Positions 17,532-27,609 are shown, numbered from the stretch's first letter. The stretch: 64,000 nucleotides of DNA from Eubacteriales bacterium (GCA_045594785.1 JAZNZE010000004.1:39254-103253); one strand, 5' to 3'. The notes: a model not told the origin generated them from the letters alone. Translations and numbers: made by a program.

Positions 17532-18446
17532 TTACTCCTCATTGCCTAAAGCTGTGTTTATGTCAATATTTATTTGCATTTTTAGCTGTTCTACGCTATC
17601 AAACTTCTTTTCGGGACGGATAAAATCGAGAAAACTTACGGAAATTTTCTCTCCGTAAAGGTCACCCTCGTATCCGATTATATAGGTCTCGATATGCTTT
17701 TCTCTGTCAGAAACGGTTGGGCAGCTTCCAACGTTCGTGATAGCCTTATAGCTTAGCCCCGCTGCCTCGGCTCTGCATTTATAAACTCCCGAGGGAAGAG
17801 AAACTGCGTTTTTTTCCATCTCGATATTTACCGTAGGAAAGCCAAAACCCCTGCCAAGTCCGAGTCCGCGTTTTACGGTGCTTTTTACGAAATAGGGCGC
17901 ACCGAGAAGCTCTGCCGCCCTCTTTACGCTTCCGCTTCTCAGCAGCTCCTTTACTCTCGTGGAGGATATCTTTTCTCCGTCTATTTCCACGTCCTCCGGG
18001 CAGATAAGCTCAGCCCCCAGAGCCCCAAGCGAGCAGGCAAGCATTTCGGTGTTTCCGAGCGCCCCTTTTCCAAATCTGAAATCCTTGCCCGAAAGCGCAA
18101 CCGAAGCGCCCAGCCCCTCTATAAGCGTTTTTCTGATAAAGTCCTCTGCCGAAAGAGACCTTACCGCGTTGAAATCCGAAATGATTACCTCGTCTATTCC
18201 GCATTCGGATATAAGCGAAAGCTTTTCCTTCGTTGAATATATTCTTTCCTCGCCCTTAATGCCATCGCTTTCGGAATAGAAGGTAAAGACGGCAGAGGGA
18301 AGAGAACGCTTTTTTGCTTCGCAAACCGCTCTTTTCAGTATCTCTCTGTGTCCAAGGTGAACACCGTCAAAAAAGCCGAGAGCAACAACTCTTTTTCCGG
18401 CAAAGCATTTGCCCGGCTCGTATTCGCGTATAAGAATTGCTCTCAC
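17532..18446 (-). CDS. ribF: bifunctional riboflavin kinase / FMN adenylyltransferase
   Basis: N-terminal VALGFFDGVHLGH nucleotidyltransferase motif and a C-terminal riboflavin kinase domain (GFPTVN, ...ETYIIGYEGDLYG). GTG start. Confidence 0.9.
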   Translation of the reverse strand: MRAILIREYEPGKCFAGKRVVALGFFDGVHLGHREILKRAVCEAKKRSLPSAVFTFYSESDGIKGEERIYSTKEKLSLISECGIDEVIISDFNAVRSLSAEDFIRKTLIEGLGASVALSGKDFRFGKGALGNTEMLACSLGALGAELICPEDVEIDGEKISSTRVKELLRSGSVKRAAELLGAPYFVKSTVKRGLGLGRGFGFPTVNIEMEKNAVSLPSGVYKCRAEAAGLSYKAITNVGSCPTVSDREKHIETYIIGYEGDLYGEKISVSFLDFIRPEKKFDSVEQLKMQINIDINTALGNEE

Positions 18447-18564
18447 CCCCTTTAAAACGATTAACTAATTATACTACTTTCTTGCTTGAATGTCAAGAAC
18501 GCTCGGTTGACAAATCGGGCGCGCTATGCTAAAATAAATAAAAATATATCACGGGAGAGCCCTT

Positions 18565-19404
18565 ATGAAACCTGTTTTTATAGTTCTTATAGCGATAGCG
18601 GCAGCGCTCTTGCTTTTATTTTCGGTTTACCTTTATCTGATTATGCCTAAGCTCAGGAGAAAAAAGGCGATAAGGAAATTTTCGGCGCAGAAATATGCGC
18701 ACAGAGGCCTTCACGGTGACGGTGCTGCGGAAAATTCGCTTACCGCATTCAGACGCGCGGTAGAGGCAGGCTACGGAATAGAGCTTGACGTCAGACTTTC
18801 GCGTGACGGTCAGCTGGTGGTTTTCCACGATGATACTCTTGACAGGGTTACCGGTGCTTCGGGCAGAGTTGACGCCTACGATTACTGCGAGCTTATGGGT
18901 ATGCGTCTTTCAGATACCGAGGATACCGTTCCGCTCTTTACCGAGGTGCTTTCCGCGGTTGACGGCAGAGTTCCGCTTCTCATAGAGCTGAAGGAGGACG
19001 CGGGCAAATATGCGGTGACCGAAAAGACGCTTGAAATACTCAAGGACTACAAGGGCGATTATATTATCGAATCCTTTAACCCTCTGGCTCTCGGCAGAGT
19101 AAAGAAGAAAAATCCCGAAATTCTGAGGGGAATACTTTCTATGAACTATATGGCTGAGGAAAAATACCGCAAGCCTATGTATTTCGCTCTTCAGATATTC
19201 CTTACGAACGTTATCTGCCGTCCCGATTTCGTTGCCTACGACCATAAGCAGTATAAGAATTTTGCGTTCAGGCTTTGCCGCGCGCTTTTCCGTGTAACGA
19301 CTTTTGCCTGGACTGTGCGCTCGGCGGAAGAAGAGAAGAATGCCTATAAGCATAAATTCAGTTCGGTAATTTTTGAAAACTATATTCCCGGAGATAATAG
19401 ATAA
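18565..19404 (+). CDS. membrane-anchored glycerophosphodiester phosphodiesterase family protein
   Basis: N-terminal TM helix followed by GDPD motifs (YAHRGLHG..ENSLTAF, GIELDVRLSRDGQLVVFHDDTLDRV). Confidence 0.8.
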   Translation: MKPVFIVLIAIAAALLLLFSVYLYLIMPKLRRKKAIRKFSAQKYAHRGLHGDGAAENSLTAFRRAVEAGYGIELDVRLSRDGQLVVFHDDTLDRVTGASGRVDAYDYCELMGMRLSDTEDTVPLFTEVLSAVDGRVPLLIELKEDAGKYAVTEKTLEILKDYKGDYIIESFNPLALGRVKKKNPEILRGILSMNYMAEEKYRKPMYFALQIFLTNVICRPDFVAYDHKQYKNFAFRLCRALFRVTTFAWTVRSAEEEKNAYKHKFSSVIFENYIPGDNR

Positions 19405-20522
19405 TGAAATTCGAGCTTGTTGCAACCTGCCTTTTCGGGCTTGAGCATCTTCTGGGCGAGGAGATAGAGGCTCTCGGCTATGAGAGGCTTGAAACCATTG
19501 ACGGAAGAGTGACCTTTTACGGTGACGCGGAGGCTGTTGCGCTTTCAAATATATTTTTAAGATATGCCGAGAGGGTGTTTATAAAGCTTGGCTCTTTTCC
19601 CGCGGCGACCTTTGACGAGCTGTTTGAGGGCACTCGCGCGCTCCGCTGGCCTGATTTTATAGGCAAAGAGGATATGTTCCCTGTAAAGGGGCATTCTATA
19701 AAAAGCGCGCTCACCTCTATTCCCGACTGCCAGAAGATAGTTAAAAAGGCGGTTGTGCGCTCTATGTCCGAGCGCTACGGAATATCCTACTTTGAGGAAA
19801 CGGGAGTAAAATATCAGATAGAGTTCTTCATTTTAAAGGACGTTGCAACTCTTATGATAGATACCTCGGGCATACCCCTTCATAAAAGAGGCTACCGCAG
19901 GGATTCAAACGATGCTCCGATAAGAGAAACTCTTGCTGCGGCAATAGCGAAAACCGCAAGGCCGAGAGAGGACGTGCTTCTCTGGGACCCTATGTGCGGC
20001 AGCGGCACTATTGCTATTGAGGCGGCTATGCTTATGAAGAATATAGCTCCCGGTGCAAAGCGCTCCTTTGCGGCTGAGAAATTTCCTTTTATCGACAAAA
20101 AAATATGGATTTCGGCAAGGGAAGAGGCAAAGGACGGCGAGACCGACACCGCCTTTGAATGCTTTGCCTCGGATATAGACCCGAATGCCGTTGAGCTTAC
20201 GAAGAAAAACGCCTCTATAGCAGGCGTTTCGGATATAATTACCGCATTTTCCTGCGACTGCACGACCATATCCTCTGAGGGCAGGCGCGGTACGATAGTT
20301 ACAAATCCCCCGTACGGAGAAAGGCTTATGACACCTGCAGAGGCAGAGGCGCTTTATCGCAGAATGGGCGAGCATTTCAGAAGTCTTTCGCCCTGGCAGG
20401 TTTATATTATAACCTCGCACAGAGAGTTTGAGCGCTTCTACGGCAAAAGGGCGGACAAGGTCAGAAAGCTGTATAACGGAATGATACCCTGCTATCTTTA
20501 TCAGTTCTTTAAAAATAAATAG
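19404..20522 (+). CDS. THUMP-domain class I SAM-dependent RNA methyltransferase (RlmL/YpsC-like)
   Basis: The start overlaps the upstream stop (ATAATG). Motif I is DPMCGSGTIAIEAA and motif IV is NPPYGER. Confidence 0.8.
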   Translation: MKFELVATCLFGLEHLLGEEIEALGYERLETIDGRVTFYGDAEAVALSNIFLRYAERVFIKLGSFPAATFDELFEGTRALRWPDFIGKEDMFPVKGHSIKSALTSIPDCQKIVKKAVVRSMSERYGISYFEETGVKYQIEFFILKDVATLMIDTSGIPLHKRGYRRDSNDAPIRETLAAAIAKTARPREDVLLWDPMCGSGTIAIEAAMLMKNIAPGAKRSFAAEKFPFIDKKIWISAREEAKDGETDTAFECFASDIDPNAVELTKKNASIAGVSDIITAFSCDCTTISSEGRRGTIVTNPPYGERLMTPAEAEALYRRMGEHFRSLSPWQVYIITSHREFERFYGKRADKVRKLYNGMIPCYLYQFFKNK

Positions 20523-20668
20523 TCTGAAAGTTTTTCCGCAGGCTTTATTTTATTAACACCTAATTAATAAAAAGGGTGTAAAATACATCTGTGCCTATAT
20601 TTCAGCGCCCGAATAAAAGGGCGCAAAACGGGTGAGAGTACATATTTTTATATCTAACGGAGAAATTT

Positions 20669-21895
20669 ATGAGAATAAAAACCAAAATCATTTCTGTTCT
20701 TTTGCTTTTCGTACTTGCTCTGTCGCTTTCCTCCTGCGTCTTTTACACCACCGTTTCGGATTTGACGGACAATGACGGCGGGCAGACGCCTGTCGGTGAC
20801 GTTACCATAAACGTTGACGAGGTTAAAAACCACGATATAAATATTAACAGCACCGAAAGCGGAAGCGAGATTGCGGCTGCAAAGGCGCTTATGTCCTCAG
20901 TCAGTATAAGAACCCCAAGCGCAAGCGGCTCGGGCGTAATTTTCAAATTGAGCGAGGATAAGAGCGAGGCATATATACTTACGAATTATCACGTCGTATA
21001 CGATTCCTCGACACGCCGCGTAAGCAGCAATATAAAGGTCTACCTTTACGGTATGGAAAGCTATCTTTACGGAACTGACGATTGCGCTATACCTGCGCAG
21101 TATATCGGCGGAACTGTAAAATACGACCTGGCGGTGCTTAAGGTTAGGGCAAGCAAGGTTCTGCTGGAAAGCAATGCGCGTGCCTGCGATTTTGCCGATT
21201 CAAACAAGGTTACTGTGCTTGAAACTGCCATTGCCGTAGGAAATGCGGCAGGCGCGGGAATCTCGGTTACTATGGGTAAGGTAAACGTGGAAAGCGAATA
21301 TATCGCGCTCCTCGCGGCTGACGAAAAAACCGAGCTTGAGCTGAGAGTTATGAGAACTGACGCTGCGGTAAACAGCGGAAATTCAGGCGGCGGACTTTTC
21401 AATTCAAAGGGCGAGCTTATAGGAATAGTAAACGCGAAGAGTGCAGCCTCCTCAACCGATAATATCGGATACGCAATTCCCTCGAACGTTGCAAAATATA
21501 TCGCAAACAACATAATGTACTACTGCAACGGAACGAACGATTACTACGCATACAGATGTATGCTCGGCATAAGCGTTACGGCAGATAAGCTTTATACCGA
21601 ATACGATGAAGAAACGGGTATTCTTTACCGTAAGGAAAGCGTGGTTGTTAGCTCGCAACCCCAAAAATCCGCGGCTGCGTTCGGCATTATTGCAGCGGGA
21701 GACGTTATTAACAGCATCACCATTGACGGTGAGGTTTACGAGGTAACGAGAATGTTCCACGTAGTTGACGCAATGTTTAACGCAAGAGTTACCAGCGAGG
21801 TCGTCGTGAATGTTACGCGTTCGGGTAATTCGCTTGACCTCACGATTCCTCTTGCAAATAAGGATATAGTGAACGCGGACAGCTCGGTAAATTAG
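20669..21895 (+). CDS. S1C (trypsin-like/HtrA-type) serine protease, lipoprotein
   Basis: Lipobox LSSC. The catalytic triad context is TNYHVV, YDLAVLKV, GNSGGGLF. Confidence 0.8.
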   Translation: MRIKTKIISVLLLFVLALSLSSCVFYTTVSDLTDNDGGQTPVGDVTINVDEVKNHDININSTESGSEIAAAKALMSSVSIRTPSASGSGVIFKLSEDKSEAYILTNYHVVYDSSTRRVSSNIKVYLYGMESYLYGTDDCAIPAQYIGGTVKYDLAVLKVRASKVLLESNARACDFADSNKVTVLETAIAVGNAAGAGISVTMGKVNVESEYIALLAADEKTELELRVMRTDAAVNSGNSGGGLFNSKGELIGIVNAKSAASSTDNIGYAIPSNVAKYIANNIMYYCNGTNDYYAYRCMLGISVTADKLYTEYDEETGILYRKESVVVSSQPQKSAAAFGIIAAGDVINSITIDGEVYEVTRMFHVVDAMFNARVTSEVVVNVTRSGNSLDLTIPLANKDIVNADSSVN

Positions 21896-21943
21896 GAATT
21901 AGGAAAGTTTAATTTTATAAAATTAAGAGAGAGTAAACGAAAT

Positions 21944-22160
21944 GGGCACGCGCGATAACGAAGGTTTTTCCGAAGTTGTCGATGCGTGCCCATAATGAAT
22001 TGCCCTTATGGGCATGAATTGGCTTACGCCGTGATTTGCACCGGTGGTGCATGAATTGCCTGCGGCATTAAAAACAGGGCAATTCAATTCATGAAAACGC
22101 AGTTTTCAAATCATGAAGACGAAAGGCTTCAATTCATGACGCAAGGCGTCAATTCATTAC
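21944..22160. repeat. modular hairpin / 8-mer array A (ATGAATTG x3 direct, then CAATTCAT x3 plus one degenerate copy, each separated by short hairpins)
   Basis: Leading hairpin gggcacgc...gcgtgccc (21944-21991). ATGAATTG at 21995, 22014 and 22051. CAATTCAT at 22085, 22130 and 22150, and CAAATCAT at 22107. Intervening mini-hairpins include tgccc/gggca, gcacc/ggtgc, gaaaac/gttttc and gacgc/gcgtc. Confidence 0.8.
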
Positions 22161-22317
22161 TATCGGGAATAATCTTTCCCAAAGCAACGCAAAAGCACTT
22201 ATGACAAACGATTTTTCGTTATCATAAGTGCTTTTTCTAAAACTTCGTTATGGGGCTTTCGCTAATGCTTACTCTCTCTTTTCTTTTATTGATTTTTCGT
22301 TGTGCCGAACGCTTGTA

Positions 22318-25140
22318 TTATTCTGTTCTGAGCGCTATTACGGGGTCTTTCTTTGCTGCGCTTCTTGCGGGAATAAGTCCCGAGATGCAGGTGAGAAGAA
22401 CGCTGAGCACTACGAGTATAATAGCCTGGCTTATGGGAAGCGCCGCTATGCGCGAGTATCCGATAAGAGGCGTGAGGATAAGGTTTACTATCACAGAGGC
22501 GAGATAGGTAAAGCCAACGCCGATAATTCCTGCCAGAAGTCCTATAATAAAGGTTTCCGCATTGAAGAGGTGGCTTACGTCCTTCTTTCTTCCTCCGAGC
22601 GAGCGTATAACGCCTATTTCCTTTATTCGCTCAACTACCGAAACGTAGGTTATAATTCCTATCATAACGGTTGAAACAACGAGTGAGATTGAGGTAAAGG
22701 CAACGAGCGCGTAGGTGATAACGTCTATCATAGTGTTTATCATATTAATGATAAGCTCAAGCGTGTCGGTGTAGGTAACCTTAATTCTGTCCTTTGCAAG
22801 CACCTCTTTGCCGTCAACCTCTATATATTCCGCATCGTGCCAGTCGTCAAGATACTTGGTGACAAGGCTCTTTTCGTCAAAGGATTTCGGATAGATAAGA
22901 ATATTGTTTGCAAGGTCGTTTCCGCCAAGGCTTCTGATAAGCGCATCACGGCTCTTAAGCTTCTCTGCCTCGGGGTCCTGAGCGCCGCCGCCCAGCATAG
23001 CGCCTATCATATTAGAGGCGGAGGAGGGGGGAGCGATGTATCCGATACCGTCTGCAAAATGCTGAGTTTCGTCACTGTCATTTGTGGGATCGTTGTAATC
23101 GTAGGTGTAGGTGTAGAGCATCCAGTATGCAGGAATTGTAAAGGATTCTCCGCCGAACTGCTTATCTCTTGAGCCCATTTCGGTCATAGAAGCTTCGCTT
23201 CTGAGATATTCGAGATAGCTTGAGGTCTTGTTGGTTTCAAGAATATGATTTGTAAGCGCCTCGGTGTAATAAATTCCGGAGGAAAGAGAGCCGTAGGAAA
23301 CGTTTTCCTTAGGAGTGAGGATTCCGACAACCTTAAGATTCACTCCGTTTTCCTTATTTTGAACGTTATCACCTGAGGAGGCGTATGCGTATCTGATTCC
23401 ATTAAGGAATCTGTCTCCGTTAAGCTTATCAGATTCGGTTGTGAACACCGAATCGGTGGGATACCACACGAATTCCTTGCCGAGAAGCTCTTCGTATTCA
23501 AAGTATTCGCGGTAAAGTGCCTTCATTGAAAAGTTTTCCTTGTCATCTGAGGTAGCCTTGTCGACTATTGCAAGGAATTCTTCCTGAGTATAATAGCCGA
23601 ATATCGCAAGCAGAAGGTCGGAAATCTCTTCATTTGGGTTAAGAACGAGCATTATTTCGTCTGCCTCGTCAGCAACCTCGCTGCCGCCGAGCAGGTCATA
23701 CTGCGAGAGTATGTAATCCGAGTTGTTCGGTGCCTGCTTCATAGAGGGAACGAGATAGGGAATAAACGAGGAATACTGCGCGTATTCGGTTTTTCCGAGT
23801 ATTGACGTGTAGTTGTCGATAAGACGCTTTACCGAAAGCTGCTGCTTTTCGGAGTTCTTGTCAAAAGAAAAATCGGTAAAGATATTAAGCGACATATCTA
23901 TTCCGTAGCTGAGAAGCATTGCCTCGTAGTTTTCCTTCGGCATAGACTTGACGTATTCAACGTATTCGGGGGTTATGGTATTTGCCGAGAAGAGACGGTT
24001 AAGGTTCTCGTTCATTTCGGCAAGTCTCTCGATCGTGCTGGTTATATAAACCTTGTCTGCAAGCTTTTCCTTGTCCTCTACGTCAGCGGCAGACATAAGC
24101 TCGGATACCGCAGAAGCGTCAAAGCCTGTTTCGGCAATCTCTATGGGGTTACCCGAAAGCATATCGTCCTGCATAGATGCAACGAATCCCTTGATACCCG
24201 CGGAGAAAGCAAGAACCATCGCTATACCGATAATACCTATAGAGCCAGCGATGCCGACCATTGTCGTGCGTCCCTTCTTGGATATAAGGTTTCTTGCGGA
24301 AAGCTTGAAGGCGGTAAGGAAGGACATTCTTGCCTTTTCCTTTTTACGCTTCTTTTTCTTGCTTACACCCTCGGCTGCCGCAGCCTCAAGCGCTGCTATC
24401 TCGGCTTCCTTTGCCTTGAGCTCCTCTTTGATTCTTTGGCACTCTGCTTCCTCCTCCTCGGCTGAGAAGGGGTTAGTGTCCTCAAGCACTTGTCCGTCAA
24501 GAAGCCTGATTATACGTGAGGAATACTGTTCGGCAATTTCGGGGTTGTGAGTGACCATAATAACAAGTCTCTCGCCCGAGATTTCTTTTATGAGGTCCAT
24601 TATCTGCTTGGAGGTAACGGTGTCAAGCGCTCCCGTGGGCTCGTCTGCAAGCAGGATTTCGGGGTCGTTTACAAGAGCTCTTGCAATAGCTACTCTCTGG
24701 CACTGACCACCCGAAAGCTGATTGGGGCGCTTGTAGTATTTGTCTGAAAGTCCCACCCTGTCAAGAGCGAGCTTTGCTTTTTTCGTTCTCTCCTCCTTGC
24801 TGATGCCTGCTATCGTGAGAGCAAGCTCAACGTTTCCAAGCACCGTCTGGTGAGGAATCAGGTTATAGCTCTGGAAGATAAAGCCTATTCTGTGGTTTCT
24901 GTAAACGTCCCAGTCTCTGTCCTTATAGAGCTTAGTGCTTCTTCCGGCAATAAGCAGGTCTCCCGATGTATAGTGGTCGAGACCGCCTATTATGTTAAGC
25001 ATTGTCGTTTTTCCGCAGCCTGACGGGCCGAGTATGGAAACGAATTCCTTTTGCCTGAAGGAAATATTAACGCCCTTCAGCGCTTGCACCGTTTCGGAAG
25101 CGGTAACGTAGTCCTTTGTTATGTTCTTTAATTGCAGCAT
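22318..25140 (-). CDS. fused ABC transporter ATP-binding protein / FtsX-MacB type permease
   Basis: N-terminal ATPase (GPSGCGKTT, LSGGQ, LLADEPT), then a Lys/Glu-rich coiled linker, then a permease with a very large extracytoplasmic segment and C-terminal FtsX-type helices. Confidence 0.85.
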   Translation of the reverse strand: MLQLKNITKDYVTASETVQALKGVNISFRQKEFVSILGPSGCGKTTMLNIIGGLDHYTSGDLLIAGRSTKLYKDRDWDVYRNHRIGFIFQSYNLIPHQTVLGNVELALTIAGISKEERTKKAKLALDRVGLSDKYYKRPNQLSGGQCQRVAIARALVNDPEILLADEPTGALDTVTSKQIMDLIKEISGERLVIMVTHNPEIAEQYSSRIIRLLDGQVLEDTNPFSAEEEEAECQRIKEELKAKEAEIAALEAAAAEGVSKKKKRKKEKARMSFLTAFKLSARNLISKKGRTTMVGIAGSIGIIGIAMVLAFSAGIKGFVASMQDDMLSGNPIEIAETGFDASAVSELMSAADVEDKEKLADKVYITSTIERLAEMNENLNRLFSANTITPEYVEYVKSMPKENYEAMLLSYGIDMSLNIFTDFSFDKNSEKQQLSVKRLIDNYTSILGKTEYAQYSSFIPYLVPSMKQAPNNSDYILSQYDLLGGSEVADEADEIMLVLNPNEEISDLLLAIFGYYTQEEFLAIVDKATSDDKENFSMKALYREYFEYEELLGKEFVWYPTDSVFTTESDKLNGDRFLNGIRYAYASSGDNVQNKENGVNLKVVGILTPKENVSYGSLSSGIYYTEALTNHILETNKTSSYLEYLRSEASMTEMGSRDKQFGGESFTIPAYWMLYTYTYDYNDPTNDSDETQHFADGIGYIAPPSSASNMIGAMLGGGAQDPEAEKLKSRDALIRSLGGNDLANNILIYPKSFDEKSLVTKYLDDWHDAEYIEVDGKEVLAKDRIKVTYTDTLELIINMINTMIDVITYALVAFTSISLVVSTVMIGIITYVSVVERIKEIGVIRSLGGRKKDVSHLFNAETFIIGLLAGIIGVGFTYLASVIVNLILTPLIGYSRIAALPISQAIILVVLSVLLTCISGLIPARSAAKKDPVIALRTE

Positions 25141-25334
25141 TTTTTTCTCCGTATAAAAAATAAGTGACTATATTATACACTTAAAATATGAACAAATCTT
25201 TATTAAAAATAAGTTATTTTACAAATGTTTATTTCTGGAGAAAAACTTCGGAGAAAAAATTCGTAAATCGGTTTACAAAATTCGTAAAATATGCTATACT
25301 GGTAAGGACGAAAACATATCCCGAAAGGAAAGCT

Positions 25335-25913
25335 ATGAAAAGAATAGATTTGAAACCCGGAACGCTTCTTGCCCCTCTGCCTGCCGTAATGGTCAGCGTG
25401 GGAGATATGGAAGAATCAAATATTATAACTGTTGCCTGGACGGGAATACTGTCAAGCGACCCTGCCAGAGCCTATATTTCGGTTCGCCCCTCGCGCCACT
25501 CTCATAAATTTCTTAAGGAAAACGGAGAGTTCGTTATAAACCTCACCACCGAGGCTCTTGCGAAGGCTACCGATTACGTGGGAATATATACCGGAGCTAA
25601 GGTCGATAAGTTTGAAAAGTGCAAGCTTACGAAATGCGAGAGCAAATGCGTGAAAGCTCCCACAATAGAGGAGTCTCCCATCTCTCTTGAATGCCGGGTG
25701 TTTGAGGTTATTGAAAGCGGCACTCACGATATATTCCTTGCCGATATAGTTAACGTTTCCTGCCGCGAGGAGCTTATGGACGATAAGGGCAAAATCTGCC
25801 TTGAAAAAGCAAAGCTTATAACCTACTCTCACGGTGAATATTATGCTCTCGGAAGAAGAATAGGAAAGTTCGGCTTTTCAGCCGCAAAGAAGAAAAAACA
25901 GCCTAAAAAGTAA
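25335..25913 (+). CDS. flavin reductase family protein
   Basis: The real start is ATG 25335 (MKRIDLKPGTLLAPLPAVMVS), preceded by AAGGAA. Flavin-reductase-like split-barrel block NIITVAWTGILSSDP. The ORF-track start at 25188 adds an implausible leader. Confidence 0.8.
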   Translation: MKRIDLKPGTLLAPLPAVMVSVGDMEESNIITVAWTGILSSDPARAYISVRPSRHSHKFLKENGEFVINLTTEALAKATDYVGIYTGAKVDKFEKCKLTKCESKCVKAPTIEESPISLECRVFEVIESGTHDIFLADIVNVSCREELMDDKGKICLEKAKLITYSHGEYYALGRRIGKFGFSAAKKKKQPKK

Positions 25914-25937
25914 ACTTTAGTAGGAAAAATAAGAAAA

Positions 25938-26360
25938 ATGAATCTGGAAAACAATGAAAAAATCCGTCAGAGAATACTTTCTCTTATAGAAACCGAGTTC
26001 GAAAGCGATGCCGCCTTTGAGCGCGCTATGGGGCTTCGTGATAAGACGGTGAATAACTGGAGGCGCGGCAGGTCTGCCTCTTATATGAAAATGCTTCCGA
26101 CACTTTCCGAGCGCTTTTCGGTAAACGTTGGCGAGCTGCTTGATATTCCGCTGAGAAAGGATACCTCCGAGCTTTCGGAGGACGAGCTGCACCTTTTGCA
26201 CCTCTACCGCCGTTCAAGAACGATGCCGCCTAAAATGAGAGCCGCTCTCAGAGAAACAATCGAAAGTCTCATATCACTTTATATAAAATCCGCCTCCGAG
26301 CAGAAGGGTAAAAAAACCGAGAAGAGCGAAAAGAAAAAGAAGGAGGGCGGCGAGGTATGA
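25938..26360 (+). CDS. XRE-family helix-turn-helix transcriptional regulator
   Basis: N-terminal HTH-like region (AAFERAMGLRDKTVNNWRRGRS) and a Lys/Glu-rich tail. Its stop overlaps the next start (ATGA). Confidence 0.6.
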   Translation: MNLENNEKIRQRILSLIETEFESDAAFERAMGLRDKTVNNWRRGRSASYMKMLPTLSERFSVNVGELLDIPLRKDTSELSEDELHLLHLYRRSRTMPPKMRAALRETIESLISLYIKSASEQKGKKTEKSEKKKKEGGEV

Positions 26361-27229
26361 GGCTCTCAATTCATACGGACAGGCTGGAGAGAAGATTCGG
26401 AGCTATCGCCGCTATCAAAATGATAGCCGAGGCAGGCTTTGAGGCAATAGACTACTCTATGTATTACACCGATTCCGCCGTCTTCGGAAGGGGCGGAAGA
26501 ATTCTTGCCTCAGAGATTAAGCGTATCGCAGAGGCGAGAGGACTTGCTGTTAATCAGGCGCACGCGCCCTTTTCGGATTTTCGCATCGGGGCTGAGAATG
26601 AATCTCATAACCGCAAGGTATATAGCTCTATATGCGAGGCTATCGCTATTGCGGCAAGGCTCGGCGCTCCAACCGTGGTGGTTCACCCTGCCGTTATCTG
26701 CCCCCGTCTTTCAAGAGATGCAAGATTTGAAATGAATGCAGAGCTTTTCTCGCATCTTGTGGCTTTTGCCGATAACTGTGGCGTAGGTATATCAATAGAA
26801 AACCTCTATCCGAGAGAGAGAGAAGACGGAGAAATGCCTCTCGGCAGAGTTTGCGCGGACGCAGAGGAGCTTATAAGATATGCTGATGCGCTTTCCGATA
26901 GAGGAGTGACCGTTTGCTTCGATGCCGGCCACGCAGGTCTTGCAGGCGAAAGCGCTGCCGGAATGGTAAAGGCTCTCGGAGAAAGAATAAAGCACGTGCA
27001 TCTTCACGATAACGATTTTAACGAGGATATGCACACGCTTCCGTATCTTTTAAATACTAACTATTCTTCCTTATGCAAGGCGCTCGGAAGGGTAGGCTAC
27101 TCCGGAGACGTAACTCTTGAAGCTGACGGCTTTATCAAAAATATGCCTGACGGACTTGTAGGCGCAGCGCTTTTGTTTTCAAGAAACGTTGCAGCGTATA
27201 TCCGTGACGAAATAATCAGATATTCCTAA
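26357..27229 (+). CDS. sugar phosphate isomerase/epimerase (xylose isomerase-like TIM barrel)
   Basis: 290 aa with the typical AP-endonuclease-2/TIM pattern (GFEAIDYS, VNQAHAPF, TVVVHP, ISIENL, HLHDN). Confidence 0.75.
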   Translation: MRLSIHTDRLERRFGAIAAIKMIAEAGFEAIDYSMYYTDSAVFGRGGRILASEIKRIAEARGLAVNQAHAPFSDFRIGAENESHNRKVYSSICEAIAIAARLGAPTVVVHPAVICPRLSRDARFEMNAELFSHLVAFADNCGVGISIENLYPREREDGEMPLGRVCADAEELIRYADALSDRGVTVCFDAGHAGLAGESAAGMVKALGERIKHVHLHDNDFNEDMHTLPYLLNTNYSSLCKALGRVGYSGDVTLEADGFIKNMPDGLVGAALLFSRNVAAYIRDEIIRYS

Positions 27230-27236
27230 AAAATTG

Positions 27237-27265
27237 TTGACAAATCCGCAGAAGCGGTATATAAT
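27237..27265 (+). promoter_or_regulatory. consensus sigma-A promoter driving the riboswitch leader
   Basis: TTGACA (27237-27242), 17-nt spacer, TATAAT (27260-27265). Confidence 0.7.
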
Positions 27266-27271
27266 AATTAC

Positions 27272-27579
27272 GTCAAAAGCGACCTGAACGCAAGCAGGGA
27301 AAGCGCGGTGTAATTCCGCCACAACAGCCATTACCGTCAAAGTCGGAATGCCTGTCGGTCGCGATTCGGATTAAATTCCTTGGGTAAAAAGAGGGGATTC
27401 CCGGAGCTGATGGTTTATGGGTGAGTCGTAGCCGAAGAGACCGAGCAAATAAGTCTTTCTTTGGCTATAGGATTTTTCGGCTTTCGCGAGGCTGGCAGGC
27501 AGTCTTGCTTTGCCGCGTTTCCGCCTTGCCGTACTTTGCCTTTTCAGCCTTTGAGTCTCCTCGGCTCAAAGGCTTTTTA
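27272..27579 (+). promoter_or_regulatory. cobalamin (B12) riboswitch with terminator expression platform
   Basis: The aptamer core at 27279-27362 is closed by gcgacc/ggtcgc. It contains AGGGAAAGCGCGGTGTAATTCCGCC (GGGAA..GGTG.AA.TCC core) and the B12-box-like AGTCGGAATGCCTGTC. An intrinsic terminator follows at 27546-27579 (agcctttgag/ctcaaaggct + TTTTT), just upstream of the RBS of the next gene. Confidence 0.7.
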
Positions 27580-27609
27580 TATTTCAAAAACAAAAAAGGA
27601 GAAAACAAA

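Noticed and set aside
16549-17658. 369-aa ORF on the + strand
   Set aside because: It runs antisense across rsmE, prmA and the end of ribF, spanning three real genes with no motif of its own.
25188-25334. N-terminal extension of the flavin reductase ORF
   Set aside because: It is an A+T-rich leader with no RBS. The conserved protein begins at ATG 25335, which has AAGGAA upstream.
27438-27456. Calling a full second (tandem) cobalamin aptamer
   Set aside because: Only a B12-box-like motif and a partial GGGGATTCC..GGAGCTGA segment are visible. The GGTG.AA.TCC core is missing. It is kept as a note inside the riboswitch finding rather than as a separate feature.
27421-27609. N-terminal extension of the ORF-track entry 27421..28056
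   Set aside because: The extension would translate through the riboswitch expression platform and its terminator. A strong RBS plus a lipoprotein signal peptide begin at ATG 27610.
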